Source: a virus. Taken from it: DNA of 64,000 nt. Every line of letters begins with the position of its first letter. Within the stretch, counting starts at the first letter, position 1. Positions 10,084 to 19,032 of the stretch are shown piece by piece. Position numbers and translations under genes: made by a program. Under the pieces are notes generated by a model. The model ran no database searches. It saw only the letters and a program-made list of their open reading frames with translations, and was not told where the DNA came from. The stretch is taken from the IMG/VR virus record IMGVR_UViG_3300048839_000424, positions 14,216 through 78,215 of that record; one strand, given 5' to 3'.

Positions 10084-13000
10084 ATGTCCGAAGATTTTGG
10101 CAATGGTGTAAGTCGTACCCTTTCTGCTCTCCAGCGACAGTTTCAGAACGTCGTCTTTCAGAAGGGCAAGCCCCCGCTGGATAGCGAGTTCAATCTTGTT
10201 TCCCAGGCATCAGGAGAAGCCCTCCGCCAGTTCGTGAGTAGTCAAGTCCACTCGGGGTTTTTCCTCGACCCAACCTTGGCGCTCGAAGATTTTGTTACGG
10301 ACCCACTCAACTCGAATCAGTTCTTCCTCGGTACTCAAAAGAACGATGATGACGGGAACGTCGAGGAACTAGACCCCGTTGTTTTCGCCAACGTCAATGG
10401 TTGGATTATCCCTATCACCGGGACGATTATTAATCAACAGGGGGCAACGACCAATCAGGTTCGTTTAAACCCTCCTCCTGAGTCGGATAATCGTATTGAC
10501 TTCGTGTTCCTTGAGGCTTGGCAGGTACTTGTTTCCGCCAACCCCAGCACGGACAACAAACCGTCCGCAAGTACGATTTGGAAGTACGGTAACACCGAAT
10601 ACGGTGGTGTGAACATCACAGATGATCTCGTAGACCCAACTATTGGATTTCCTACCACTCGTCGAGTTCAGTTGCAGTATCGGATTCGAGTCGTAGGTTC
10701 CGGTAACGGGGCTGGTTCGAGCCCGGATCTTTCGATCTACCCAGATGGTTTGGGAGACCCGAACATCACAGCACAGGGTCCAAATGACAGCGCCTCGGCT
10801 TTCGTGTATGAGAACATGCGCAAGGCATTGGGAGATGCTTCTCTTTGGAGGGCCGGTGACGGTGACCCAGATAATGCGTTAGGAACGGTAGATGGATATG
10901 TATACGCAATTCCGATCTGTGCAGTTTTCCGTCGCAACTCGCTTCCTTTCGTAGCGGCGACGCTATCAGGCAACCCCAACCAGAATGGTGCATTTAATCG
11001 CAACCCTTCGGCTATCCTTTTGACCAATCCTCTTGAGGGAGCTAAGAAGCTGACTCAAATGAGTCTAATCAATGCTCTACCCGCGCAACAGTTTACGGTA
11101 GACACGGTAGTTCAGGTGGATTTCGGTCAGGGCTCTGGGTTTGACGACCCTTCGATGGACTTGAACAAGACTTTCATGGTGATTGACAATGAGGTCATCG
11201 CGATCAAGTCCATCAATACGGCGGTGAACCCAAATCAGGTTGTAGTTCCAGCGGGAGGAAGAGGTCGATGGGGTTCGGACATCGTGACGCACGAGGGTCG
11301 AACAGATCCTACAGTTACGGGAACGGGGTCCAAGATCAACTTCTTCAACACGCGACCCGATGGTAAATTCGCAGACGAGATTGCTCAAGACGACATCTTG
11401 GATCTTCGACGTGGCATCAATATTGGGGATTGGGACTATGAGCGCCTACTGCTTCACAATATCGCCATGTTGATTCGAGGCCGTCTTCGTTCGACATGGA
11501 AGCAGGCGGGAGTTCCCGGTGGGGATACCGAGGGTGTGGATGTCATTGAAGTGGACTACCTTCTTCAAGACGGAGCAACGGCAGTGCCGAATGGGACCGA
11601 AGCGGTTGATGGTCCTGACGGTATTCGTCAAGTATGGTCTGATGCGGCAGCAATTCAAGGAGATGTCACGGTCCTCTGTGACAACGACGGGACGATTTCT
11701 TCAGGATTCGTTCAGACCCTTGATGACCTAGTTGAGTGGGATGTCGGAGCGGATTTCAAACCATCCGGTTTCATCAACAACTTGGGGAGCAATGGATACA
11801 CGAACGGAACCACGATTTTCCTTCATATCGGAGGTGATGACGGAAACCAAGGTGCAAGAAAGACCTTCCGAGCTAACGGCACGAGAGCAGTACGCTTTGT
11901 ATCTCCCAAGGAGTATTTCAAGCGTATTCTGCCTGAGACAGACACAGGGTTACAGACTCCAGTGTCTTTGCTGTGGACCAGTACGGATCAGGCTAATGCT
12001 GGAGTTCAAGCTCCAGGGGCCGGATTGCAGGCATTGATTCCTGCCAGTGCGGGTGAGTCACAGACCGAGCACCCAGGTCCAATGTACCCCTTAGCAGCCC
12101 AGAACTTCGAGTACCCATATCTCGTGACGGGTGGCGTCGTGAATAACGCTCTTGTGGTCACGGGCATCAGTGGAGCGACCCAGCTTATTGGTAACTCGTT
12201 GAATCCGACCATTCCTCTTGGTGAGGGTGAGATCGTTCTCCCAGGACTGAATTTCGATGCGGTTGGGGACTGGTATTCTCTCAATGCACAAGGGTTGTTT
12301 GCGAACAATCCAGGTGTTCTCAATTTCCCTCTGTTGAGAGGTCAGAGGACTCTGTTCGACATGATTACCAATGGTGGTCGTGATCGTACTGGAAACTCCT
12401 CGGAGTTGTACCTGATTCTTTTCGGGGATGATGAGACCACTGCGAACAACGGAGTTTGGAAGGTCATTGGAGCGGGTACCGCAACGGATGCTTCCGGGTC
12501 TGGTTTGACAACAAACCCAGCATCGGCGTCGGATCGAGTTCGGGTCAAGTTCATGACTGTAGATCCCTCTGCGGTTGCTGCTCCCTTCATCTATCAGGAC
12601 TTCGACAACACGACAACCAAGACCTTGACAGCGCAGATTCGCTCTCAGATTACCAACGCTGAGGATGGTCCTGGTGCTGCGGTTGGTCCGGCTTCGTTGT
12701 GTGTAACACTGACCGATATCAGCGCAAAACTCGGAGGAGCATCTAACCCTTGGAGTGAGACGAACATTAACCCAAGTTCGCTTCCGGGATTCACCTTGGA
12801 GCAGCCCTTTAACGAGAAGCTGGTCATCAATCTGACTCTCCTGTATCATCCCGGTCGTGGGGCAACTCAGCGTGTGGCAACTCGTATGGACCGTGTGGCG
12901 ATGCAAAGTGCGCCAAGCAAGGTTCTTCGTCAGTCCAAGGCGGTGCTGGACCCTACTTTCCCAACGGCCACGGGGGCACCCTCGAATCCAGCGGAAACAC

Positions 13001-15759
13001 AGTTCGATCCAGTTCACGTTCAGACATGGAACCGTTTGCCGAGCTTAGGGTTGCCTGCACCCCAGGCTCCTAACTACGGAGGAAATGTCGTTCTGTTCTC
13101 CGAGATTGATCGTGAGAATGAGGTGTTCTTCGACAATGGGTCCAAGACTCTGGTACTCCGCCCCGTACAGCGTCAGTCTATGACGATTCAGGGGATTACG
13201 GTCACTCCCCCTACGGTTGGAGCAACCCTGCTTGGAATTCCAACGATTGACAATCCGAGCGCGGGGACTACATATCCCAACCCCGCATTGATTCCAAGCG
13301 GATGGGATGGCCCCAAGGACGATGCGCAGATTTTCACCACGGGACTTCGAGGTGGATATGCAGTACCACAACAGTATATGCCACGTTTTGGTCGTCAGGA
13401 CATCCCTTACTACCAGGACAATGGCCCAGCTTTCGGTACGGGACAGTTCCTCGAAGGAATAAACCACCTGTTCCTGGACACCACGGATGTAACAAACCCC
13501 GTGTTCAATATCATCGGTGGTCAGGATAATCTCTCTGGAGGGAACCTAGTCACTCGATTCCTTCTTCAGACGGGGACCACGAGCGGGCTCGATTACGCTC
13601 AATATGGAACCATCACGGGGACTACAAGTCAAGCCTATCAAGCACGTTTGACTACGGAGATCGACAACTGTTGTTCCGGTGGTGAGGAAATCGCGGAGTA
13701 TCTGGCCAATGTGACCTCCTCGGACTTCGGCACGGGACTTCGTGGTATCCAGCTTCCTCCTTATCTGGGAATTGTTCGTCTCTATGGTGTGTATGACCGT
13801 AGAGATTTCGTAGCCAAGGGTGGGGTGACCTACCAGGCTAACCGAGTCACCCCCGAGGCGAACCGAGCAACAAACTTGCTTCGTCGTGATGCGACCAAGC
13901 AGACGTTGTTTATTTGCAAGGACGGTGCGATTGATCTTACGGGTGAAGCTGACGACCACACGTACATTATTCCAGAGAATGTACTGGACCTCACTAAGTC
14001 TCCTTTCTATGCTGGAGAGGACTTCTCGGAGATGGAGTATGTTGTTGAGTTCACCTGCTTTGGGTTCTCAAAGGGCTTCATCAACAAGAACAACTTCGTC
14101 ATGGCTCGCCGCCATAACGGACAAGGGGCTTTAATCACGGATGGGGACAACCCAGAGCTTGAGGGCGTGCTTATGTGCATCCCGAGCGCGGCTCCTGACT
14201 CTAGCCGAGTCTATGTGTCCTCTACACGTACTGTATACCAGGGAGACCCCTACTTCTCCAGAGCAGGAACGACAAGAACCCTCTCTGACTATGAGACTCG
14301 GTACGGACAGATTTCTCAAAGCGACGCTTTCGAGCTTAGCAAGAGAATTCAACAGTTCGACGCCAATGGAAATCAGATTCCAGAGATTCCAAATGCTCGT
14401 AAGTTCCAAGTTCTTGCAGCATTGGATTTCTACACGACCTTGGGATCTGGGAATATCGGTGGTCGTTTGTACCCCGGTACTCCTTTGGATGTGGGGTTCA
14501 CCCAGAACACTCCCGATGCGGCAACGAGAATCCCTGCCAGTGTGACCACACCGGCTTGGAGAGTGCTCACCCGTGCGTTTACAGAGGGACAGCAAAAGAA
14601 CAGTAGCCGAGCTTCGGCTATCCTGGAGATCATTGGTACCAACGCGACCTTTGATTTCGTAACGCCTTCGACGTTCTCGGTGCAGACTCTTTCGGGAGCC
14701 CTTGTACAATTCAGGGCGGTCAATGGGCCTACTTTGAACCCGGATGAGTTCGATGCGTCATCCCCGGACCCAACGGTTATCGCTCGTGAGCTTTTCGAGA
14801 AAATCAATGAGCGTGCTGACCTCAGTGACACGTTGATTGCGTTCAACGATATCGACAGCACTCAAATCGAGTTGGTGTCCCGAGTGGTTGGGGCTGAAGG
14901 GAACGAAATTATCGTTTCCATCAACGATGAGGAGAACTTCCTACTCAACGTTGCTCGAAGCGGAGATGAGGGGTTCAACTCTCTGATCACTTCGACCAAT
15001 TTACGAGGTGGGGAGGACATTGTAGCTAACGGAGGAAATGGTACGACTCAACTTGAACTCACGGGTATGACGGAGCGGTTGCCGCTCGGTATTCTCCTTC
15101 AGGACTCGGACTTCATCGGGGAGAACCCTCTAAATGACAACACTTCGGCGTTCCAGACGCTTCTTGGAGGAATCCGTCCAAGTCAGATCTTGCTACCTTT
15201 GACTCGTTCTGGTGGTGAGGAGTACACGAGATTTACGGGAGCCCCAGGTGAGCTTATCGCTCAAGGGGATGGTGCTATCTTGGCGTATGGTGCGTATAAT
15301 GCAACGACGAATCCTACGGGTAGCAAACGGTTCCGTTTGTTCCGTGGCGGTGGTTCTTTGTTTGTGCTCAACGGTCGTAACCCCGGTGGTCCGATTGATT
15401 GGGTTTCGGACACCTTGGAGCCTGCATTGAAGCCTGTGCTTAAAGGTGGATTACTGGCGTGTAAGGCTCTGTTGGTACGCAACTACGTGGAAAATGCGTT
15501 CTCTGACGATGCAGTTACCACAGACGGAGATGAGATTCAGTTGATTATTATCTCCCAGGGAATCCTTGGAGATGGTACGACTCAAATCCGAGGATTGGAT
15601 CTCAATGGTATCATTTCACCAACAGGATTTGGTGAAGGTATGGCCGCTTCGGATCGTTACCGCATCGCTGGTAAGCCCATGTATCAGGGTCGTGTACGCA
15701 CGGCGCCAAATCCAGATGACATTCTGCTTGCAGTTTTCCCTGGACGTAACGCCTTCTGA
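10084..15759 (+). CDS. Very large virion structural protein (baseplate/tail), paralogue of 1..2688
   Basis: 1891 aa; GAGGA RBS; N-terminal VVFQKGKPPLDSEFN motif typical of phage baseplate/tail proteins; motif blocks shared with the first ORF. Confidence 0.6.
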   Translation: MSEDFGNGVSRTLSALQRQFQNVVFQKGKPPLDSEFNLVSQASGEALRQFVSSQVHSGFFLDPTLALEDFVTDPLNSNQFFLGTQKNDDDGNVEELDPVVFANVNGWIIPITGTIINQQGATTNQVRLNPPPESDNRIDFVFLEAWQVLVSANPSTDNKPSASTIWKYGNTEYGGVNITDDLVDPTIGFPTTRRVQLQYRIRVVGSGNGAGSSPDLSIYPDGLGDPNITAQGPNDSASAFVYENMRKALGDASLWRAGDGDPDNALGTVDGYVYAIPICAVFRRNSLPFVAATLSGNPNQNGAFNRNPSAILLTNPLEGAKKLTQMSLINALPAQQFTVDTVVQVDFGQGSGFDDPSMDLNKTFMVIDNEVIAIKSINTAVNPNQVVVPAGGRGRWGSDIVTHEGRTDPTVTGTGSKINFFNTRPDGKFADEIAQDDILDLRRGINIGDWDYERLLLHNIAMLIRGRLRSTWKQAGVPGGDTEGVDVIEVDYLLQDGATAVPNGTEAVDGPDGIRQVWSDAAAIQGDVTVLCDNDGTISSGFVQTLDDLVEWDVGADFKPSGFINNLGSNGYTNGTTIFLHIGGDDGNQGARKTFRANGTRAVRFVSPKEYFKRILPETDTGLQTPVSLLWTSTDQANAGVQAPGAGLQALIPASAGESQTEHPGPMYPLAAQNFEYPYLVTGGVVNNALVVTGISGATQLIGNSLNPTIPLGEGEIVLPGLNFDAVGDWYSLNAQGLFANNPGVLNFPLLRGQRTLFDMITNGGRDRTGNSSELYLILFGDDETTANNGVWKVIGAGTATDASGSGLTTNPASASDRVRVKFMTVDPSAVAAPFIYQDFDNTTTKTLTAQIRSQITNAEDGPGAAVGPASLCVTLTDISAKLGGASNPWSETNINPSSLPGFTLEQPFNEKLVINLTLLYHPGRGATQRVATRMDRVAMQSAPSKVLRQSKAVLDPTFPTATGAPSNPAETQFDPVHVQTWNRLPSLGLPAPQAPNYGGNVVLFSEIDRENEVFFDNGSKTLVLRPVQRQSMTIQGITVTPPTVGATLLGIPTIDNPSAGTTYPNPALIPSGWDGPKDDAQIFTTGLRGGYAVPQQYMPRFGRQDIPYYQDNGPAFGTGQFLEGINHLFLDTTDVTNPVFNIIGGQDNLSGGNLVTRFLLQTGTTSGLDYAQYGTITGTTSQAYQARLTTEIDNCCSGGEEIAEYLANVTSSDFGTGLRGIQLPPYLGIVRLYGVYDRRDFVAKGGVTYQANRVTPEANRATNLLRRDATKQTLFICKDGAIDLTGEADDHTYIIPENVLDLTKSPFYAGEDFSEMEYVVEFTCFGFSKGFINKNNFVMARRHNGQGALITDGDNPELEGVLMCIPSAAPDSSRVYVSSTRTVYQGDPYFSRAGTTRTLSDYETRYGQISQSDAFELSKRIQQFDANGNQIPEIPNARKFQVLAALDFYTTLGSGNIGGRLYPGTPLDVGFTQNTPDAATRIPASVTTPAWRVLTRAFTEGQQKNSSRASAILEIIGTNATFDFVTPSTFSVQTLSGALVQFRAVNGPTLNPDEFDASSPDPTVIARELFEKINERADLSDTLIAFNDIDSTQIELVSRVVGAEGNEIIVSINDEENFLLNVARSGDEGFNSLITSTNLRGGEDIVANGGNGTTQLELTGMTERLPLGILLQDSDFIGENPLNDNTSAFQTLLGGIRPSQILLPLTRSGGEEYTRFTGAPGELIAQGDGAILAYGAYNATTNPTGSKRFRLFRGGGSLFVLNGRNPGGPIDWVSDTLEPALKPVLKGGLLACKALLVRNYVENAFSDDAVTTDGDEIQLIIISQGILGDGTTQIRGLDLNGIISPTGFGEGMAASDRYRIAGKPMYQGRVRTAPNPDDILLAVFPGRNAF

Positions 15760-16544
15760 TGCACCACATTAAACAATCAGACCTGACCTTTGACCTACGC
15801 CGGGACCATGTTCGAGAATTCCGGCGTAGGATTAAAGATACTCTTCGGTACGGTGGTCATTCGGAAGAACACCGAAAGTTTCTTGAGTATCAGCTATTAA
15901 AAGTTGAGGGGAACGGGGTATACTTGGGCGAACCTCCTAGACCCCCCGGAGCGATTGATGGAAAAGTTCCTGTCAAGAGACCGGAGATTACGCTAGAAGG
16001 AGCGAGCTACGAATACTTAAATCAGTTCCGCATGACGGACCTCATTGAGCTTGGAAAGACGCTTGGGTTGAATTTCGAGCAAACGACGAAAGCCGGGATC
16101 ATTCAACGTCTATTAGAGACCGCAGATGACACAGAAAGACGAAAGATGACACAGAAAGACGAAATTCTAAAAGCCTTCTTGCAGAGGGAAAACGAACCTC
16201 AAGTTCGTGAAGTAAAAGGAGAGATTACACCTCTGACTTGTCGATGTGGTGGGTACCTACAAGAAGTACAGCATCTAGTGGAATTTCCAATCCCACAACC
16301 ACCTCGTCATCGAAAGAAGCGGATCGCTAAAAAATGGAAGGTTCGACGGGAGAAAGAGTCAAGAGGAACAAGATTGATCAATGCTTTAAGTGGATTGATC
16401 AGTCGTCCACAATATAGTTGTTCGAAATGCGGGAAATCCGAAGGGTTTTATGCCGCGATAGGCCGGAACATGTTTCCGGTGCAACTTTTACCAGACGGTG
16501 CAAACCCCGTCTATCTAGAAAGCAACGGAGAATCAGACACATGA
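15759..16544 (+). CDS. Hypothetical protein, apparently two genes fused in frame; C-terminal half has CxC/CxxC Zn-ribbon
   Basis: A 20-bp tandem duplication at 16124-16163 joins the two halves; internal ATG at 16146. Confidence 0.55.
   Translation: MHHIKQSDLTFDLRRDHVREFRRRIKDTLRYGGHSEEHRKFLEYQLLKVEGNGVYLGEPPRPPGAIDGKVPVKRPEITLEGASYEYLNQFRMTDLIELGKTLGLNFEQTTKAGIIQRLLETADDTERRKMTQKDEILKAFLQRENEPQVREVKGEITPLTCRCGGYLQEVQHLVEFPIPQPPRHRKKRIAKKWKVRREKESRGTRLINALSGLISRPQYSCSKCGKSEGFYAAIGRNMFPVQLLPDGANPVYLESNGESDT
16124..16163 (+). repeat. Perfect 20-bp tandem duplication AGATGACACAGAAAGACGAA x2
   Basis: Read directly from the sequence. Confidence 0.95.
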
Positions 16545-17194
16545 AGAAACTACTAGTCACACTTTCATTTCTAACCACGGCATTGTTTGCCACGGCTACC
16601 CTTGCAGCACCACCGGAGGGTGATACCTCTTCGACCGGCGCAGTAGAGGTTGTCTCTACCACGGGCGAGGCTGCTTCTACGAGCGGCGATGCAACCCCTG
16701 ATACTTCAGGTGGTGAAGCTCCCGTAGCGGGAGATCTTGGCGTCGTTGCCTCCAGCACGGGGGGCGAGGAGGACAGCACCGGCAGTGATTCAGGTGCAGT
16801 GGACACCACTGGTGGTGAGACAGGTCCAGCCGAGATTGCTTCCGATGAGGAAGCAGTTGCGGCAGCGAAGGCCCTTTTCGGAGCCCTTCAGGTGGGTGAC
16901 ATCCCCCTGGCAGTTGCCCTGGGTTTGATGCTACTCGTCTATATCGTTCGTCGTACCCATGTCGCTGACATGTCGAACGCTTGGATTGCCGCTGGCCTCT
17001 CGGTCGTAGGTTATGTTGCCGCCGACCTTCTTACCGCTGGAGCAGGGAATGTTCTCAACTCCGTGATGAGCGGTCTGATGGCCGGTATTGCCGCCGCTGG
17101 ACTTGGTGAGCTTGTTGTCGCCCGTCTGATGAGCGGTAAGGCCGAACCCGCGAAGGCCGAGCCTGCAAAGGCGAATGAGGAGAAGTCCGAGTAA
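16541..17194 (+). CDS. Membrane protein: signal peptide, acidic S/T/G linker, 3-4 TM helices (holin-like or envelope protein)
   Basis: MKKLLVTLSFLTTALFATATLAA signal peptide; ATG overlaps upstream TGA; GGAG RBS; hydrophobic C-terminal segments; KAEPA repeats. Confidence 0.65.
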   Translation: MKKLLVTLSFLTTALFATATLAAPPEGDTSSTGAVEVVSTTGEAASTSGDATPDTSGGEAPVAGDLGVVASSTGGEEDSTGSDSGAVDTTGGETGPAEIASDEEAVAAAKALFGALQVGDIPLAVALGLMLLVYIVRRTHVADMSNAWIAAGLSVVGYVAADLLTAGAGNVLNSVMSGLMAGIAAAGLGELVVARLMSGKAEPAKAEPAKANEEKSE

Positions 17195-17209
17195 TCCTCT
17201 CCCCTAAAG

Positions 17210-17246
17210 AAAAAGCCCCGGTTAGTAACCACTGACCGGGGTTTTT
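17210..17246. terminator. Intrinsic (probably bidirectional) terminator
   Basis: AAAAAG-CCCCGGTTAG-taacca-CTGACCGGGG-TTTTT hairpin flanked by A and T tracts. Confidence 0.85.
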
Positions 17247-17276
17247 CCTTTTAAGCGTGGGTATGATCTAATTGTC

Positions 17277-17501
17277 ATGCGAGTGTACGTAAATCTCGAC
17301 CCACATACACAAGAGGAAGATGTCGAAGCCATCCGTTCGGATTTGGCTCTGAATATGCGAAATGAGTATCCTCATGTGAGTATAGATGTTGGTATTGGAT
17401 CGGCATTTTCAGTATCCTTTATTGGAGTCCCTGAGAAACTCAAAGCGGAAATCTATCTACTGATCAATAGTTACTTTCATGGCGAAGAAGACGACCTCTA
17501 A
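17277..17501 (+). CDS. Small hypothetical protein
   Basis: 74-aa ORF overlapping the chaperonin start. Confidence 0.5.
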   Translation: MRVYVNLDPHTQEEDVEAIRSDLALNMRNEYPHVSIDVGIGSAFSVSFIGVPEKLKAEIYLLINSYFHGEEDDL

Positions 17502-19032
17502 AAAAGTCCACCACGGATTGCAAGCAAGAAAAGGGCTACTGAAAGGTGCCCTTGATTTGTCACGTCTCGTAGGGGTTACATACGGCCCCTACGGTCGTAA
17601 TGTCGTTCTTGACCGTCCCGTAGGGATTCTATCTACCAAGGATGGCGTCACCGTTGCTTGGGAATACGAACCTCAAGACCCGGTAGAACGCATGGGAGTT
17701 CGAATCGTACAGGAGGCGTGCTCGAAAGTCTCCAAGTCCGCTGGAGATGGGACAACAAGTACGGCGGTTCTGATCGGAGCTATCTTGCGAGAAGCCCATA
17801 AATGGGTCGTGGCAGGAAAAGACCCTATGCTCATCGCTCAAGAGATGCAGACGTTCGTGCAGGAGAGCCTGGAGGAGATGTTGAATCTCTGGAAACGTGA
17901 TGTAAGCACGGACACGGACCTACTAACCGTTGCATTAAGAGCCTGTAACGGAGATAGGGAACTAGCAACGGCGTTGGTTCAGGTCATGGGCAAGATCGGA
18001 ACGAAAGGCGTCGTTGTTCTGGAAGAAGGAAAATCCCGAGAGATCGAGATGGTTTTCAAGCAAGGGTTAGAAACTGACAGAGGTTGGGAGAGTTCGGATT
18101 TTTGTCCCTCGGATGACAGTAAGGTGTTTTTCGAGTTGCCCTTGGTCGCTCTGGTAGATGACGTGTTGGAGAAAGCCGAGCAGGTAGTTCCTATCCTCGA
18201 AGAAGCCTCCCAGTTTCCGCATCCTTTGGTGATCGTGTCCAAGGGCATGTACGGGGATGCGTTGAAAACACTCCTCATGAACCAAGAAACGGTGAAGTCC
18301 TGTGGGGTTCGTTGCATGGGACATCATGAGTTCATGAGAACACATTTAGAGGATTTAGCGGCGATATCGGGAGCAACCGTGTGGGCTAAAGAGTTGGGGG
18401 AATATAAGGCGGAGTATCTAGGTTCTGTTCAAACGGTCACGGTCAAGAAGGAGTCCTCGACATTCGTTGCTTTCCCTGATAAAAATGAGCAAGTAGCGAT
18501 GAGAATCCGTCAACTGGAGAATCAACTCGTAAGCACGGAGAGTGTTTTCGAGCAAGATAAGCTCAAGGAGAGAATCGCCAAACTTTCGGATGGGTTTTGT
18601 CTTTTGAGAGTCGGTGGGGATACGGAGTTAGAGATCAAAGAACGTCGTGGAAGATTGGAGGATGCTTTGTTTTCCATGAGATTAGCGGTAGAGCATGGGG
18701 TGGTTCCGGGGGGTGGGCTTACCTTTTTCAAGGTTGGTCAGTTGTTGGAGGATGCGGATAGCATTGGAGAGCGGATACTATCTGTGGCTTTGAAGGAACC
18801 ATTCCGCAAGATTTACAGTAATGGTGGTAAGAGTCCTCGCGTGTTAGAGGCTCAAATGGAGTATGTTCCAGTAGACTCTTGGGTAGGGTATACTCTTGAT
18901 GGGATACGGGATGTGTCTCAAGGTAAGGGATTGTTAGATTCGGCATCCTCTGTGTTAGAGGTGATTCGAGTTTCTGTTTCGACCGCGAGTACTATTCTTA
19001 CCTCAGAGGTTTCGATTACGAGTATCAAATGA
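17479..19032 (+). CDS. groEL: Phage-encoded GroEL/Cpn60-like chaperonin
   Basis: VTYGPYGRNVVL, TKDGVTVA, AGDGTTSTAVL, KLKERIAKLSDG and GVVPGGG motifs; no GGM tail. Confidence 0.93.
   Translation: MAKKTTSKKVHHGLQARKGLLKGALDLSRLVGVTYGPYGRNVVLDRPVGILSTKDGVTVAWEYEPQDPVERMGVRIVQEACSKVSKSAGDGTTSTAVLIGAILREAHKWVVAGKDPMLIAQEMQTFVQESLEEMLNLWKRDVSTDTDLLTVALRACNGDRELATALVQVMGKIGTKGVVVLEEGKSREIEMVFKQGLETDRGWESSDFCPSDDSKVFFELPLVALVDDVLEKAEQVVPILEEASQFPHPLVIVSKGMYGDALKTLLMNQETVKSCGVRCMGHHEFMRTHLEDLAAISGATVWAKELGEYKAEYLGSVQTVTVKKESSTFVAFPDKNEQVAMRIRQLENQLVSTESVFEQDKLKERIAKLSDGFCLLRVGGDTELEIKERRGRLEDALFSMRLAVEHGVVPGGGLTFFKVGQLLEDADSIGERILSVALKEPFRKIYSNGGKSPRVLEAQMEYVPVDSWVGYTLDGIRDVSQGKGLLDSASSVLEVIRVSVSTASTILTSEVSITSIK

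Noticed and set aside
1111-14861. Long antisense ORFs in the structural region (e.g. 1111-2136, 12091-13017)
   Set aside because: Fully nested opposite long genes, no recognisable motifs; expected from codon bias.
17277-17501. GroES candidate upstream of groEL
   Set aside because: No PLxDRV or mobile-loop GGI motif.
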